Shown: positions 13,660 to 26,298 of the stretch, one piece after another | Numbering within the stretch: position 1 is the stretch's first letter | How the letters are laid out: each line of letters starts with the position of its first letter | Source: Intoshia linei | Lineage: Eukaryota; Animalia; Orthonectida | Direction of reading: 5' to 3' | Length of the DNA: 56,639 bases | NCBI GenBank assembly: GCA_001642005.1 | Contig: LWCA01000087.1 | Span: forward strand, 1 to 56,639 | Translations under genes and position numbers: made by a program | The notes under the pieces: model-generated | What the model was told of the DNA's origin: nothing | Databases searched by the model: none | What the model saw: the letters and a program-made list of their open reading frames with translations, nothing else

Positions 13660-16600
13660 ATGACAAAGGCTAAACTATCAAACGAACCTTCAAATTCTAG
13701 CCGCGTCAATGATTCGAACGTGAGAAAGGTATTTTATTTGAGATTATAATATTATTGTCTCAATTATAAAATCAAGCAGAGATTATTTTCAGCTTTTCTA
13801 ATAGTAATGCATTAATTAACATAATTTTAAGAAACTATAATTTAAAACTATTTCATTATCTGTATTATAGTATATGTTAATACGTTTAGCCTAAAGAATA
13901 TGTTCCATATTCTTTAAATGGAAGAGTTTCCTTTGACGGATTACCCGATCAATACGCAAACGAACTTTTACGCAACATTGTTTATTTGAACATAATGTGC
14001 ATTGGTTCGTATTTGAATAATTAATATAGCATTTTATTTAATGGTAAAGTTATTTCTAGGCGAACCAGGAATAGGAAAATCAACTTTTATTTCAACGCTT
14101 TTCGAAAAAGAATTAGTATCAGACACTGAATCATATGCCAAAGATAATGAAGTTGTTCTAGCCGAGTTTAATTATGGTATTATATTCTGTAAATATCTAT
14201 AATGTTGTATCAGAACTGACTGAAGGAATAGCTCATTTGGGTCTCAAAGTTGTCCATACAGTTGGCTACGGACAAGTGAATAGCGAAATCAAGTATGTTT
14301 AATGTATTTACATGTTAATGAAAAAAACTATTTAATGTTTACAATTTAGTTTGAATCCTATAATAAATTACATAAATGATGCCAATCGGAAATATTTAAT
14401 AGAAGAATTTAAAGTAAATCGTAACCTGAACACTTTCAAAGACGAAAGAATACATTTTGTCATTTTCTTCATATCACCTTTTGGATTAAAAACTATAGAC
14501 CTTAAATTACTACAAATGCTTTCTGGGAATGTAAATATTATACCTATTATAGCCAAATCTGATGCTCTAACTTCAAATGAATTAGCAAATTTAAAGAAAG
14601 AGGTTTTTAATTAATTTTTTGATTCAATTGAAAGATTAGATTGTAAAAGAAGCTGAGGATAATGGTATCAAATTTTATTTTTTTGGAGATAAAACAAAAT
14701 CTAAATTATGCGAACCATTTTCTTTTATTGGTAGTACGCAATCAATTAAAACTGATAAAGGGAAAAGTGTCATTGGAAGAGAGTATCCGTGGGGTACAGT
14801 TGATAGTAATATTTTAATATTTCAATTTGTACAAGTCAAATTCATAAATTTTTTTTTTTGGTCTTGATTCAAATTATTTTATATTGTTATAATCTTTTAA
14901 ATTATGTTTAAATTAGTATATAACAAAAACCATTGCGATTATGTCGATTTAAGAATGAATCTATTATCAACCCACCTTGAAGACCTTCGAGAAGCTACTA
15001 TTTATGATATTTATGAAAAATATAGAAAACGACAATTAGAAAATTTGGGTTTTCTAGTTGATGCAGAAAAAAAACCGTAATTGACCAGCATGTATTTATA
15101 CTAAAATATAGTGTATTTTATAACAATATTGATATAAAGATAGATTATGGCTCACTGACTGGACATTAAAAATGTTACGCCATACCATGCAAAAAATACG
15201 CATTTACTTTTCTTGTTTAAATCTACATGTAAATGTAGATTCATTCGATTCATGACCCCAAATTTTTTTTCATGTTATTCTTCGCTAAATGTATATTTTT
15301 TGGTATTTAGAACAAACTCAGCTGAGAATTATGTACGTAAAGTACAGACAAAATCAAAATATCAAATTGTTAAAGACTCCTTCATGGCTGAAATTCAAAC
15401 TGCTGAAAAGAAACTTGCTGATCGAGAAAGATATGTAAAGTTTAATTTTTTAATAACCTAGGCTCGGAGATATTCAACGTATTAAATTATAGATACAATA
15501 TAGGAAAAATTATTATAAATTGTAACTACATTATTATTATTTATACAAAATAACTAAAATACAATTAGTATTTGGTAATTCCACCCTTTTCATCAAGCAA
15601 GGGGTATTCGTCTTTGCATGCTCGATTTTTGTTTTGTGCGATATTCTGATTTTTCATAATTATTCCAAACCCATATTGTTCGTTTTTTCAAGTCTTTTTT
15701 TGAAGAAATTTTAACTTAATGCACTTCATCCTTTAACACACTCCAAATGTTTTCGATATCATTCATATCCGCAGAATTACTGGGCCAGGGTAATACTTTT
15801 AATACAATAGACTCAAAAAAGACTTATCCGACCGTACAGTGTGACAAGGAGCCAAATCGTGTGCATTGATTTATCCAACCAAACTATCATCTAAGAAACT
15901 TTTCAATGTATCAATATATTTTTATTTATTCATTATGACCTCTATGAATATGGGGCCGGGCCCGATTATAGAAATTGCTTCTAAATCATTATTTTGGTTG
16001 GAAATTTAACTGTTCATATTTAATTTAATCCTACTTTTTAAATATGAAAATATTTTCTTATATTGTAATATTGCTCAGAAATTGTAAAGGGCTCAATTAA
16101 AATACAGTATTCTCTCTGGGTATTTAGAAAAAGTTGGCCAGATAGATAATTTATAAATTATAATACATTTTTGATAATTAATCCATCTGCCTTATTAACC
16201 TTTATCCTGCCGCTAATAGTTGCCGTGGTTGTAGGTACTATTGCTTTAAATATGTTGATTTATATATAACTAAGATATATTAAAAAAATTTATTTTACTA
16301 TTAAAGTATAATAAATATGATGGAAAATAATATGTGACCGAGTCAGTGTTTTAGTTGAAAAACAAAAGCTTTAAATTTCCAATTGAAAATGGGACTGAAA
16401 ATCTATAAATTTTCTTGACTCTCTGAAACACAAACCAATGGATATAAAGTGATATTTTTTTAGAGGTGATAGACGATACGATGGGTGTTCGTTTAATTTG
16501 ATTAGATATGGATGTTTTGTGGAGAGAATACTGTATTACATTTATGAAACACTTTAATTTTTTCATACTAAACCTAGTTAGCATGTTCTGGTATCTTATT

Positions 16601-17562
16601 AAATAAGGCTCAGTAAAATATGACAAACTACTGTATATTTCAGCCATTCTCAACGGGGTCCACAGCACTTTTTTGGAGGTCCATGAAAATTATATACATT
16701 TATTACATATTATAGACATTTTCAGTAACAAAGTCGTTTTTAAAACATAAACACTCAGAAATACTAATATAAAATGTGGAAATCATGTAAAAGTAAATTC
16801 TTTGGTATTAAATTAAATTACAAGTGTAAAAACTTATTGGGAAACCTCCATTGGTCTATTTTAGGAGCAGCGTTTTTATTTAATTATTTTATTAAAATTT
16901 ATGACCGAGCCAAGTTTCTAGTCATAAAAAAAGCTTTAAATTTCGTATGGGACAAAAAATCAGTCAATATTCATGATTCTATCAAATATTAACCAAGGGA
17001 TATAAAATATTAATTTTTCACAGGGAAGATAGATAATATAGACTTTTTATTGATCTGATAAAATATGTAGTAAACAATTAATAATGTACTGTAAACAATA
17101 CCTGAAAAACATGTTCCATTTTGGGAACATTGACGGGTTAAAGGTTAATATTAATATTTCATCATCTCGCAAAAATAGAGTACTCCATGTCTTTTGATTA
17201 TCATTTGTTACACCCCAATGTAATGATTCATTAAAAATTGTCATTATTATTAATTTTTTTGGGGGTCCACAGCGAAAAATGGTCGAGAATGCCTGGTATA
17301 TTTAGTGAATCTGAAGTTCAACATTTATTCATTTTAAATTTTAACTGATCGTATAAAAAATGGATGATTTTTTATATAATTGTAAAAAAAATTTATTATA
17401 CACAAGTTTTTACAAGTTTGTTAATATATTAATTTTTAGCTGAAAGCAGAATATCATACCTACACACATTGCCATTTGAATGAACTTGCGAAAATTGACG
17501 AAGAAATAATTTCTATCAAAGAAAATATTGAAAAATTGTCAGCCTCTGCCAAGAAAAAGTAA
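13660..17562 (+). CDS. Septin, SEPT6 subgroup (Sep2/SEPT6/8/10/11-like); multi-exon
   Basis: SLNGRVSFDGLPDQ (SEPT6-group N-terminus), G1 GEPGIGKS, G3-like HTVGYG, G4 IIAKSD and septin unique element GREYPWG..NKNHCDY. The coiled-coil last exon is 17440-17562, ending SAKKK*. Confidence 0.9.
15565..16012 (-). mobile_element. Tc1-family (DD34E) transposase pseudogene fragment in the last septin intron
   Basis: Minus strand reads TVKFP..., HDLAPCH, WPSNSADMNDIENIWS and the Tc1 C-terminal KGGITKY*. D-E spacing is 34 after correcting a 1-nt frameshift in a T run. Several stops are present. Confidence 0.85.
16333..17272 (+). repeat. Diverged direct duplication (period about 570-600 bp) in septin intron
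   Basis: The block TGACCGAG...AAAAGCTTTAAATTTC...ATGGGAC...GGATATAAA occurs at about 16335 and about 16902. GGGGTCCACAGC occurs at about 16655 and about 17262. Confidence 0.6.
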
Positions 17563-17567
17563 ATAAA

Positions 17568-18086
17568 CTATATTCTGAATTTTCTTTTCTTAAAAGAACA
17601 ATCGCGTCCTCCAAACCGACATTGTCCAGAAGAAATATCACCTCCTAGACCACCACCCAGTCTACGTGGAACCCAACCTTTGCAGTTTCGAGATCTTTCA
17701 TATTCTATTAAAATTTTTCTACCATCGATGTATTCATTGTGTCCACGGTCATGTGCACGGTGGGTTTCTTTTCTAGTTTTGTATTCCACAAAGGCATAGC
17801 GTCGAGAAACACCCTTTCTGTCTTTGATTAATTTAATGGATTCAATTTGACCGTACCTTTGAAAAAATGTTTTGATTGTGTCTTCAGTAGTATGAGGGGA
17901 TAATCTACCAATAAAAAGTACATGTCGCTTGTTTGACTTTAAGTCGCTCGGTGGTTTGTATTTACTGTATATAGCTCTCACAATTGCTTTATCATGAATT
18001 TCTAAACAATTTTTGTGGTCCTCTCTATCTAGAAAACATTTCGCTGCACGAACAACATTGTAATTTTTGTAATCATAACCTTTCAT
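17568..18086 (-). CDS. SNRNP35: U11/U12 small nuclear ribonucleoprotein 35 kDa (minor spliceosome), intronless
   Basis: HDKAIVRA motif, an RRM (LFIGRL, RRYAFVEY) and GWVPRRLGGGLGG...SGQCRFGGRD. The flanking motifs distinguish U11-35K from U1-70K. Confidence 0.9.
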   Translation of the reverse strand: MKGYDYKNYNVVRAAKCFLDREDHKNCLEIHDKAIVRAIYSKYKPPSDLKSNKRHVLFIGRLSPHTTEDTIKTFFQRYGQIESIKLIKDRKGVSRRYAFVEYKTRKETHRAHDRGHNEYIDGRKILIEYERSRNCKGWVPRRLGGGLGGDISSGQCRFGGRDCSFKKRKFRI

Positions 18087-18227
18087 AAATTGAGACTATT
18101 GGAAAATAAAATAAACTACTTTCAATAATTGTTATTGACGATGTATTTCAATTTAAAATTTGATTTCATTATATGATAATTACATTTACGTTTCTTACAA
18201 ATTGACTATCCCTGGAAAAATTGTGTC

Positions 18228-20633
18228 ATGCTAATGCTTTTTAACAGACTGTTGCGACTATTTTGCTGTCCACCATTTCCATCTAGAATTGTAGCCAAAC
18301 TAGCTTTTAATCCTCCAATTTGCAACTATTATTTCGAGAAACAAGGAGATAAAGATGATTATAATTTAGTTTTATTTGAAAATCCTCTAATTCACAGCGA
18401 TACAACTAATTTTAACACTTCACAAAGTCCTCGTTCACAGTGTATGTGTCGAACATCTGATTGCAATTGTAAGGCAATTGGAACGTCGTGTTCCTCTTCC
18501 CAACATGTCCATTCTACTGAAAGAGTAACACTTGATTGCAATTTGGAAAACGGCGTTAGACAATTTAGACCAAAAGAGACGGATGCATATTTTGTAAATA
18601 CCAGTGAAGGTAACAAAATAGCTGTCGTTTATGCCCACCCTATCAAACACTCCAAACACATACTTCTTCTTAGTCACGGCAATGCAATGGATATTGGTGA
18701 TTCGATTTTATACATGGTTTACCTTTGTGGAATTTTAAAATGTAATATAATAACCTACGACTATTCAGGCTATGGAATCAGTTCAGGAAAACCCCTCGAG
18801 TGCAATTTATACCGTGACATACGCGCAGTTTACGACAGTATTTATAAACGATATGGTTTTAACCAGGAAAACATTATTCTATTTGGGATTTCTATAGGAT
18901 CTGTCCCCACTATAGATCTAGCATCCCAGGAAAATTTTGCTGGAGTTATTATACAGTCTGGGTTGGCTTCAGGATTGCAAATTATTAGCCAGAATCTCAA
19001 ACAAATTGCTTGCTTCAATCCTTTTCCAAGGTTATTTTATATTTTGTATAATATATATAAAAAATTATTACTGTAATTATAATTCAAAAAAAATTTAATT
19101 TTATAAACTTTGATTTATCAATGTTTTTCAGAATTAAGTTTTAATAATGAATTTAATTTAATTTATAAAAAAATATATTTTTTTTAGTCAATAGATGTGT
19201 AATACATATCATTACACTTTCTTTTTTTTCTTTAAAAAATTGCTAAGGTTGCAAAAAAAAAATTATTTTTTTTTACTTTTTCGCCCTAATCATCACAAAT
19301 TCAATTCTAATTCAATTTTTCCATTTAAGGTCAACAATGCTAACATTATATTTTGAAGGATTTTCATGAAATTTTATAGAACATTCACTGACATTAACAT
19401 AATTGCAAATTTTTTGAATATAATAATTAAAATGAACCTATTTAAGCTTAGTCTTGTCACTTATGTTCATTATTTAAGTATACTACTTCATAACCTCAAT
19501 TCCATTTTCTTGATTTTTAACTAAGTAAAAATATACTTACATTGAAGTCTACTAAAACAGCTAGTGCGTTTGAATCAAGCGCTAGTGTCAAAATACTATG
19601 ATTTTAGTTTGATGAAGATTGAAATATATTTTCTATTGATTTAGTCGATCTAAAAGTTATATCTCGCCAATTTTATGTAAAAATTTATTTATTTAGACTA
19701 AATTTTAGTCGAAAGTTTAAATTTAGTAAATTAGCAAAGGGGGACTTTAGTTTGAATAACTTAGACTAATTATCTCACACTGTTATGCAACCCTGAGTGC
19801 AGATAAACATTTAAAAGTTTTTTTACCTCTTGTGAAATAAGATTCGTAATCATTACCTAAAGCAGGAATGCCCAACCTGTCAATGGCAGATGATCTTTTA
19901 GTTAATCTCCAAAATTAAAAAATTAGAATTAATTTTTTATTTTAATAATACTCGTTATTAATAGGAGTTCTATTTTAGTATTGTTATAATTTGTACACAT
20001 TTAAATAAATGCGATGTAAGTTGTGTAAATCGTTATCTAATAAATACATTAGTCTACTATTTCTTAAACTAGGATTTGCCGATAATTTTCAAATATACAA
20101 CGAAAATGCTTGGAATTATTCCGAATTTTAATTTTTGTTTTCTACGATCACACTAAAAATATTTAGGTAAACATTTTTTTTAAATAGATTCATGTATAAT
20201 ATATTCAATAATATACATGAAATTCCAATTTTTATTATTGGTTAAAGTTTGACTCACATTTATTATAATACAATGAGATTTAGATGTCGAAAGCTCTCGA
20301 TATATTTATAGACGGGTGTGGCCCGTCCGTAATTTTGAACTAAAATACTTTTTTATAATTTTAAACATTTTTAATCAATTCTTTAGTATTGATAAAATAC
20401 AAAATATAAAATCTCCCGTACTTATTATACATGGAATGGACGACGGTATACTTTAATTATTATAAATATAGTTATATATAGCAATAATCAACATTAACCA
20501 TGGCAGAGAACTTTACCAAAACGTTCAAAACAAAGTCGACCCTCTTTTTGCCATAGGATGTGGGCACAATGACGTTGATTTAAATGAAAATTACTTTCCT
20601 CGTTTATATCATTTTATACATAACGAAGTTTAG
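18228..20633 (+). CDS. ABHD17: ABHD17-family depalmitoylase; 3 exons
   Basis: N-terminal LFCCPP..IVAKLAF, SHGNAMDIG, YDYSGYG and nucleophile GISIG. Downstream exons give IHGMDDAII and GCGHND, completing the Ser/Asp/His triad. Stop at 20631-20633. Confidence 0.92.
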
Positions 20634-20670
20634 TTTTATATTTGTTATTTGTTTCATAAAAAAAATAAAT

Positions 20671-21687
20671 TTAAGATATTTCGTCTTCTTGTGGTTTTAT
20701 GGTAATTTCTGGATAACCAGGTAGTTTTATAGTTGATTCCATGAATGGTATTGGAAGATCTCTAACTAAAAATATATTATTTGCGTACTCAAAATTTTAC
20801 ATACCAGATGGTTCAATTGAAGATGTTTCTATTTTAGGCTAAAAAGTATTAATATTAATATGTATACTTTTATATGATACTTTATCGGTTTGGTCTGTAT
20901 TTTGAACTGGGTTACCATTTGATGAATTCTCAATACTTTGATCTGCTTCACTTGAAATTATTACATCTGTTTGGTTTTTTTTTATATCCGAAATTGTCGA
21001 AATACGATGTAAATATCCATATCCAATGTCACATCCTATGCTTTGACAATTTAAACAGTTTTATATTTTTGAAACCTGCCTAATCCACCCCAAGTAGAGT
21101 CGGGAGTTATCATTACTACACGAACATTTTCAGTTGTAATATTAAAACAATATAAACGCATTGGTTTTCTATCGTGCTGATAAATCCAATCGTATAATTG
21201 TTTTTCCTTGAATTAGGTTACAATTATATATTAGTAATATACGATACCTTTTCCAGTAAACAGTCTGCACCAACAATATAGTCATCGGTGGTCATTCCAG
21301 AAACTAGGGCTGGTGAATTGGGATACACACTCTAATAAATAATGTAATTTTTAAAATTTTTATATAAAACCATAATTCTCCAGACATTATTGAGAGTTGA
21401 AGAAATGTAACAAAATCTTCCGGTTAGTCCAAATTTAGTCGCTTGATCAATATTATCCATGTGAAATGGTATTCTGTGGATTTTTTTGTCTCTAATGTCA
21501 TAGACTTGTAAAAAAGTATCTCGGTTGACATTATTTTCTAATATATCTCTGAAAGATTGGTTAGTTTCAGCCTAAACCATATTATTTATTTTTTTGAATC
21601 ACTTACAAAATATGAATCAGCAATTGAAATAATGAAGTGGTAATACGGTTTGATTCCGACTTTTGCTGCTATTGAATCATCCATAAT
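20671..21687 (-). CDS. GORASP2: Golgi reassembly-stacking protein (GRASP55/65-like); 5' end uncertain
   Basis: Spliced minus strand gives ...VGIKPYYHFIISI..., VYPNSPALVSG..DDYIVGAD and VMITPDSTWGGLGS|IGCDIGYGYLHRI (GRASP signature WGGEGSLGCGIGYGYLHRI). Not captured by the ORF track. Confidence 0.88.
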
Positions 21688-22420
21688 CTAAAAGTTCAAA
21701 TTTTAATACAAAAATAAAAGTTAGCTAAGGGTTTATTAATACATCGCAGTGTTAGTTATAATGTTCTATCTGCATTTTTGTTAAAAATGAGGTTTTTGAT
21801 GAAAAATGTTTTAAATCATATCTTTTACATTTTTACCAAAAAAATTAAGCTTGAAAACGTATTATTTTATGATATAACGAACATTTACTGGTTCAATTAC
21901 TAAATCTCGACTTGATAATTCCTTACAAAATTATCAAATTCCTATTAAAAATAACCTCACAGATTCTAAAAATAAAGATATTAAAAGTATGTTAATCAAA
22001 ATGGACTAAGAATAAAGAATTTTATAATTTAAACATATAAATTGATAAAAATTAATTTTGATGATAAAAATGTTAAATGTTAACACTTTCTATAGAATAA
22101 TGTTCTGTTTGCAATTTTTTCAAATCAAATAGTTAGACATATTGTTCCATTAGTGAAATTTAAGTTCTGTAAACCCCTTATGATTGTATTTTTATCTTAC
22201 GAAACTTTTCAATATACTTTAACAAATATTAAAAAACTAAATTGTACAATTAAATTATATTTTAGGCAATATACTACTTTTAAAATTTAAAGTCGATTTA
22301 AGCTATATTTATGCAGATAGAACATTCTAACTCTAATACTGCGAAATATTAAATTTAATTATTTTTTATAAAAATAAACATTTTGATATGGAAAATTTGC
22401 TGTAAAGAAACACGTTATAG

Positions 22421-22769
22421 CAGTGTTTCCCAACCTTTTTTACTACATTACCCATATTATAGTACTTATTTTGATATTACCCACTATATTGTTTTACTGC
22501 ATTTTGGATGGTCAGGTTTTTAGAATAAGTCATATAAATTTTTTAATAGTAAACTTTAATTAAATTTTTTTAAAATACTAATTTTACAAAATAGTAAAAT
22601 AAAGGGGAAATTGTGTTTTTGACCCGACGGATTCAATGGGTAAAATTATATTTCATACATTACTACGCTATATTATGCGACGCAAAAAAATAATCAAATT
22701 CTTATTTTTTTAGAACAAATTTCGCGATTACCCACTCGTGGGTAAATACCCACAGGTTGGGAATCACTG
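22421..22769. mobile_element. hAT (Buster-type) MITE
   Basis: TIR CAGTGTTTCCCAACCT...AGGTTGGGAATCACTG; perfect 8-bp TSD CGTTATAG. Confidence 0.9.
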
Positions 22770-24743
22770 CGTTATAGGTTCCTAATCTACATATGTATAA
22801 TATACAATGTATACTATTATATTTTTACTGAAAATTATTATTAATTATAATTACCATTAAAACGTGAAATCCGTAATCGTACATTAAATCTGGGTCGATT
22901 TTTTTATCTGTTTTTGAACCCATTAGACCCATTTAAAATTTTATATTATTCAAGAAACAAAATTAAAATGTATTTATTTACAACTATAGATACATCTATT
23001 TACGTCAAATTATGATAAAAATATAATAAAGTTTTGTAAATTTAAAAGATACCTATGAGTCATAGGCTATGACCAATGATCATTGATTATGTTGGCTAAT
23101 TATCACTTAATTGAATTAAAGGGCCACATATATACCTAAAATAAAGACTAAAATTTCTCTCTGGCCATTGAAAAAAATCGAATTTTTGCAACTAGCTTGT
23201 TAGTGGGTTATTTTTCAATTTTTTTGACTAAAAAATATCATAATTAAAATGATAGACTACATTATTGTGCTGTATCATAGGCTTTTTAATTTTTTAAAAT
23301 GTTTTTAAATTTAACAACAGGGTTATTAATATACAATTGTATAAACTAAAAAACACAATATTACGTGGAATGTGATCCGCGAGTTAATTAAGCTTGCCAC
23401 ACTGGTTTAGGTTTAGGAGATAGTTGCATCTAAATTGTCCTTTAAGTTTAAATGGCAATTTATTTGGAAAAGTGATATATTTGGTGATGGAAATGTGGCT
23501 TTCAGTTCACATAAAATAACTATGGAAGAAGCTCTATGCATTTTAAAAGATGAAAAGGTTATAAAAACTGAAACCGGACGGTAGTAAAATTTTTAACTTT
23601 TGGGCGCAGGACTAAATTTGATATTAATTATTGACTTTGAATAACTATTACAATATTATATAATTGCAATTTGTATTCAACATTATGTGTTCACTGAACC
23701 CTTTTCGTTTTGATGACGTCAAGTAAAATTAGGCTGGTAATGAATGTATTTTAAAAGTTTAAATTAATCATACAATACAATTTTACTCTGGCAAAGTAAC
23801 GCGGATGAAAAATTTGGCAACCCTGGGTTATAATTTTATATATAAAGAGAAACCAAACATTTTTTCAATGTATCAAGGGTCTACCATTCTAAGACTTGAT
23901 ACCATCACTAATAAATAGAATATTGCAAACTAATATCTAGTTACTACATATACATTGTACAATGTAGATGAATAATCCGTACTTATATATTTGTATATCT
24001 AAAGTAAAAGTTGATAAAAATATCTGTATGTGTAATATTTTTTTAAAAAAACGGACTGTTTTTGATTTTTTTAAGGGCACAGAAAAGAAGACATATTTCT
24101 AATTCGAAAATTGGTAAATTCACGCCCCTAACCACAAATTACCTATTGTTTAGGTAAATGAAAAAAATAATGATAAATGAATCTTACAATTAAAAAAAAT
24201 ACAGCTAATTCAACTTCTTATATTTAATCTACACTAAAAATGTCATAAAGTTACACTTCCACTGTCAAACTTTACTATTTACTATTTTTTCACTTTCTTA
24301 CCTACTAGAATCTATGCCTAATGTAACTTGTAACACTAGGGTAATTAAAACGTTGACTTTTTAAATCGAAAAAATTAAATTAGCACTAACATTTACATAC
24401 CGTATCTCGAACCTCTTCGGATTTTTAATTGAAATTTAATTAATGCCTACAATTTACTAAATGTGTTTAAAATGCATTTACTCGTATTCTATTCAAATAC
24501 ATTGTACATTGAAAAAATTGAATTTACTGAAAAAACTTACCCTAGTTATAACCTATACAATAAAAGTTATAGCAAAAATTAATTAATGGGCGGTAGAATA
24601 TTTTTATGATGCTGCGGTCAGAAAGGATAGGAACTACAAGTTTACGTTAACAAAACAATTAAAAGATATTAATTTAAAAATTTTATTTATGTTAAATAAC
24701 GTAGACGTATTTCAAAAATTGAAGAGTTAGCATTTTAAAATTT

Positions 24744-25468
24744 TTACGTGACGCTCCAAACTAAATAATGAACTTGATTAAATAAAAATATTATTACCGA
24801 TAATAATAATAATTATTATTGTTACGATAACACCGATAATCAGCATCATCTAATAATATTATAGTATGAATATATATAAATAATAATACTTTCATATTTT
24901 TCCACCAATATTTTCGCTTTAATCTACCAGCACTCGCTTCAAATTGGGAAGCACCAGCTTGTAACTGATCTATGATGCAATATTGTAAATTAAATAGGTA
25001 TATAAATTATTAACGAACAATATCAGACTCTGATGGTTTACAAAATAATGAATATACTGAAATATTTTATCTATATAGAATTAAATTAGATTAAAAATTT
25101 ACGATTTCGTTACATACATGTAATACCTACAAATAAATGTATAATTAATAAAATGCATCATAATGTACATTATTTATGAAATTTAAAAAATTTAATCTCA
25201 GATATCGAAGATGACATGTATGACGGTAATAATTTTAAAATGTAATTAAATTGTACCTGCTCTGTCATCTAGTTCGGTAAGTTTTTGGTCTCTTTCTAAT
25301 ACTTTATCGACATTGTTACGCATAATGTCAACAACCTATAATTATTATGAATGGAAAAAAAACGGAAAACCTCATCTACTTGGGCTTGCGTTTGCTGTAA
25401 ACGTTTGTTTCCGCCGCTAGGATTTTCCTCCCTAATAATAATAAAGAAAAGCTGTCAAGATATTACAT
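24744..25468 (-). CDS. VAMP2: Synaptobrevin / VAMP (R-SNARE); 6 coding exons
   Basis: The start codon is split by an intron (AT|G), as in VAMP1/2. The spliced product is [20 protein letters not shown]|[26 protein letters not shown]|[27 protein letters not shown]|[17 protein letters not shown]|VWSVT*. Not in the ORF track. Confidence 0.95.
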
Positions 25469-26298
25469 TGTTTATATTTTTATAATTTTCTGAATAATTA
25501 ATCAATGATTGTTGCTGGGTGACGGTTGACTTGAATCAAGGAATATCTAAAATATATTATATTCTGAAAGTATCCTACTTGCACAAATTAGATAATTGAT
25601 CGTAAATTGAGAGACCTAAATGAAAAAATGGAATGAAAAAAATTTTCAACCAACAACAAACAAATTAAAATTTACTGTATAATGCTGTAATCGAAAACTA
25701 CCTTGAGTAAAGTATTGATTATTATCTTTGATCAATATAAACACTTGGGATACTAACGTAAATTAAAAATAATTTGTGTCGAATTCGCTATACAGTTATA
25801 TTGAACCTTACCTTATTTAACAAGATCCACACGCAAATATAATTGATATATTTAATAATAATTTATGTCATCTACTAGTGGTGCTCTAATATCAAGTTTT
25901 GTCAGCCATGTGTGACTATAAATCCCAATTAATTATGACCCAGATTTTTACTAATAGATTAATATATTAGTTTGGTAATAACAACTAATACAGTACACTG
26001 CAGTCACTACTGTACTAGATTCGAATTTCAAATTATTAAAAAAATCAATATTACATAAAAACTACATCATAATCAATTTTATTTCGAATCCCATTAGATG
26101 AAGATTTGAAAAATGTTATATTTTATAAAGAGACATTGATGGGATATTCATACTCTGTCTAAATCAAAAATTGTGTCATTTATTTTATAAACATTTTAAA
26201 ATGAACTGTAAACATAAAAAAAATCAATTTTATTATTTATAATTGATACGTGATATACAAACTAAAATTTTACTTTATTATATAAAATTTTTTAATTT

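Noticed and set aside
16351-17244. ORFs within the last septin intron
   Set aside because: AT-biased frames in duplicated, TE-derived sequence with no motifs.
18392-18677. Minus-strand ORFs
   Set aside because: Antisense shadows of ABHD17.
20874-21083. Plus-strand 69-aa ORF
   Set aside because: Antisense to GRASP exons.
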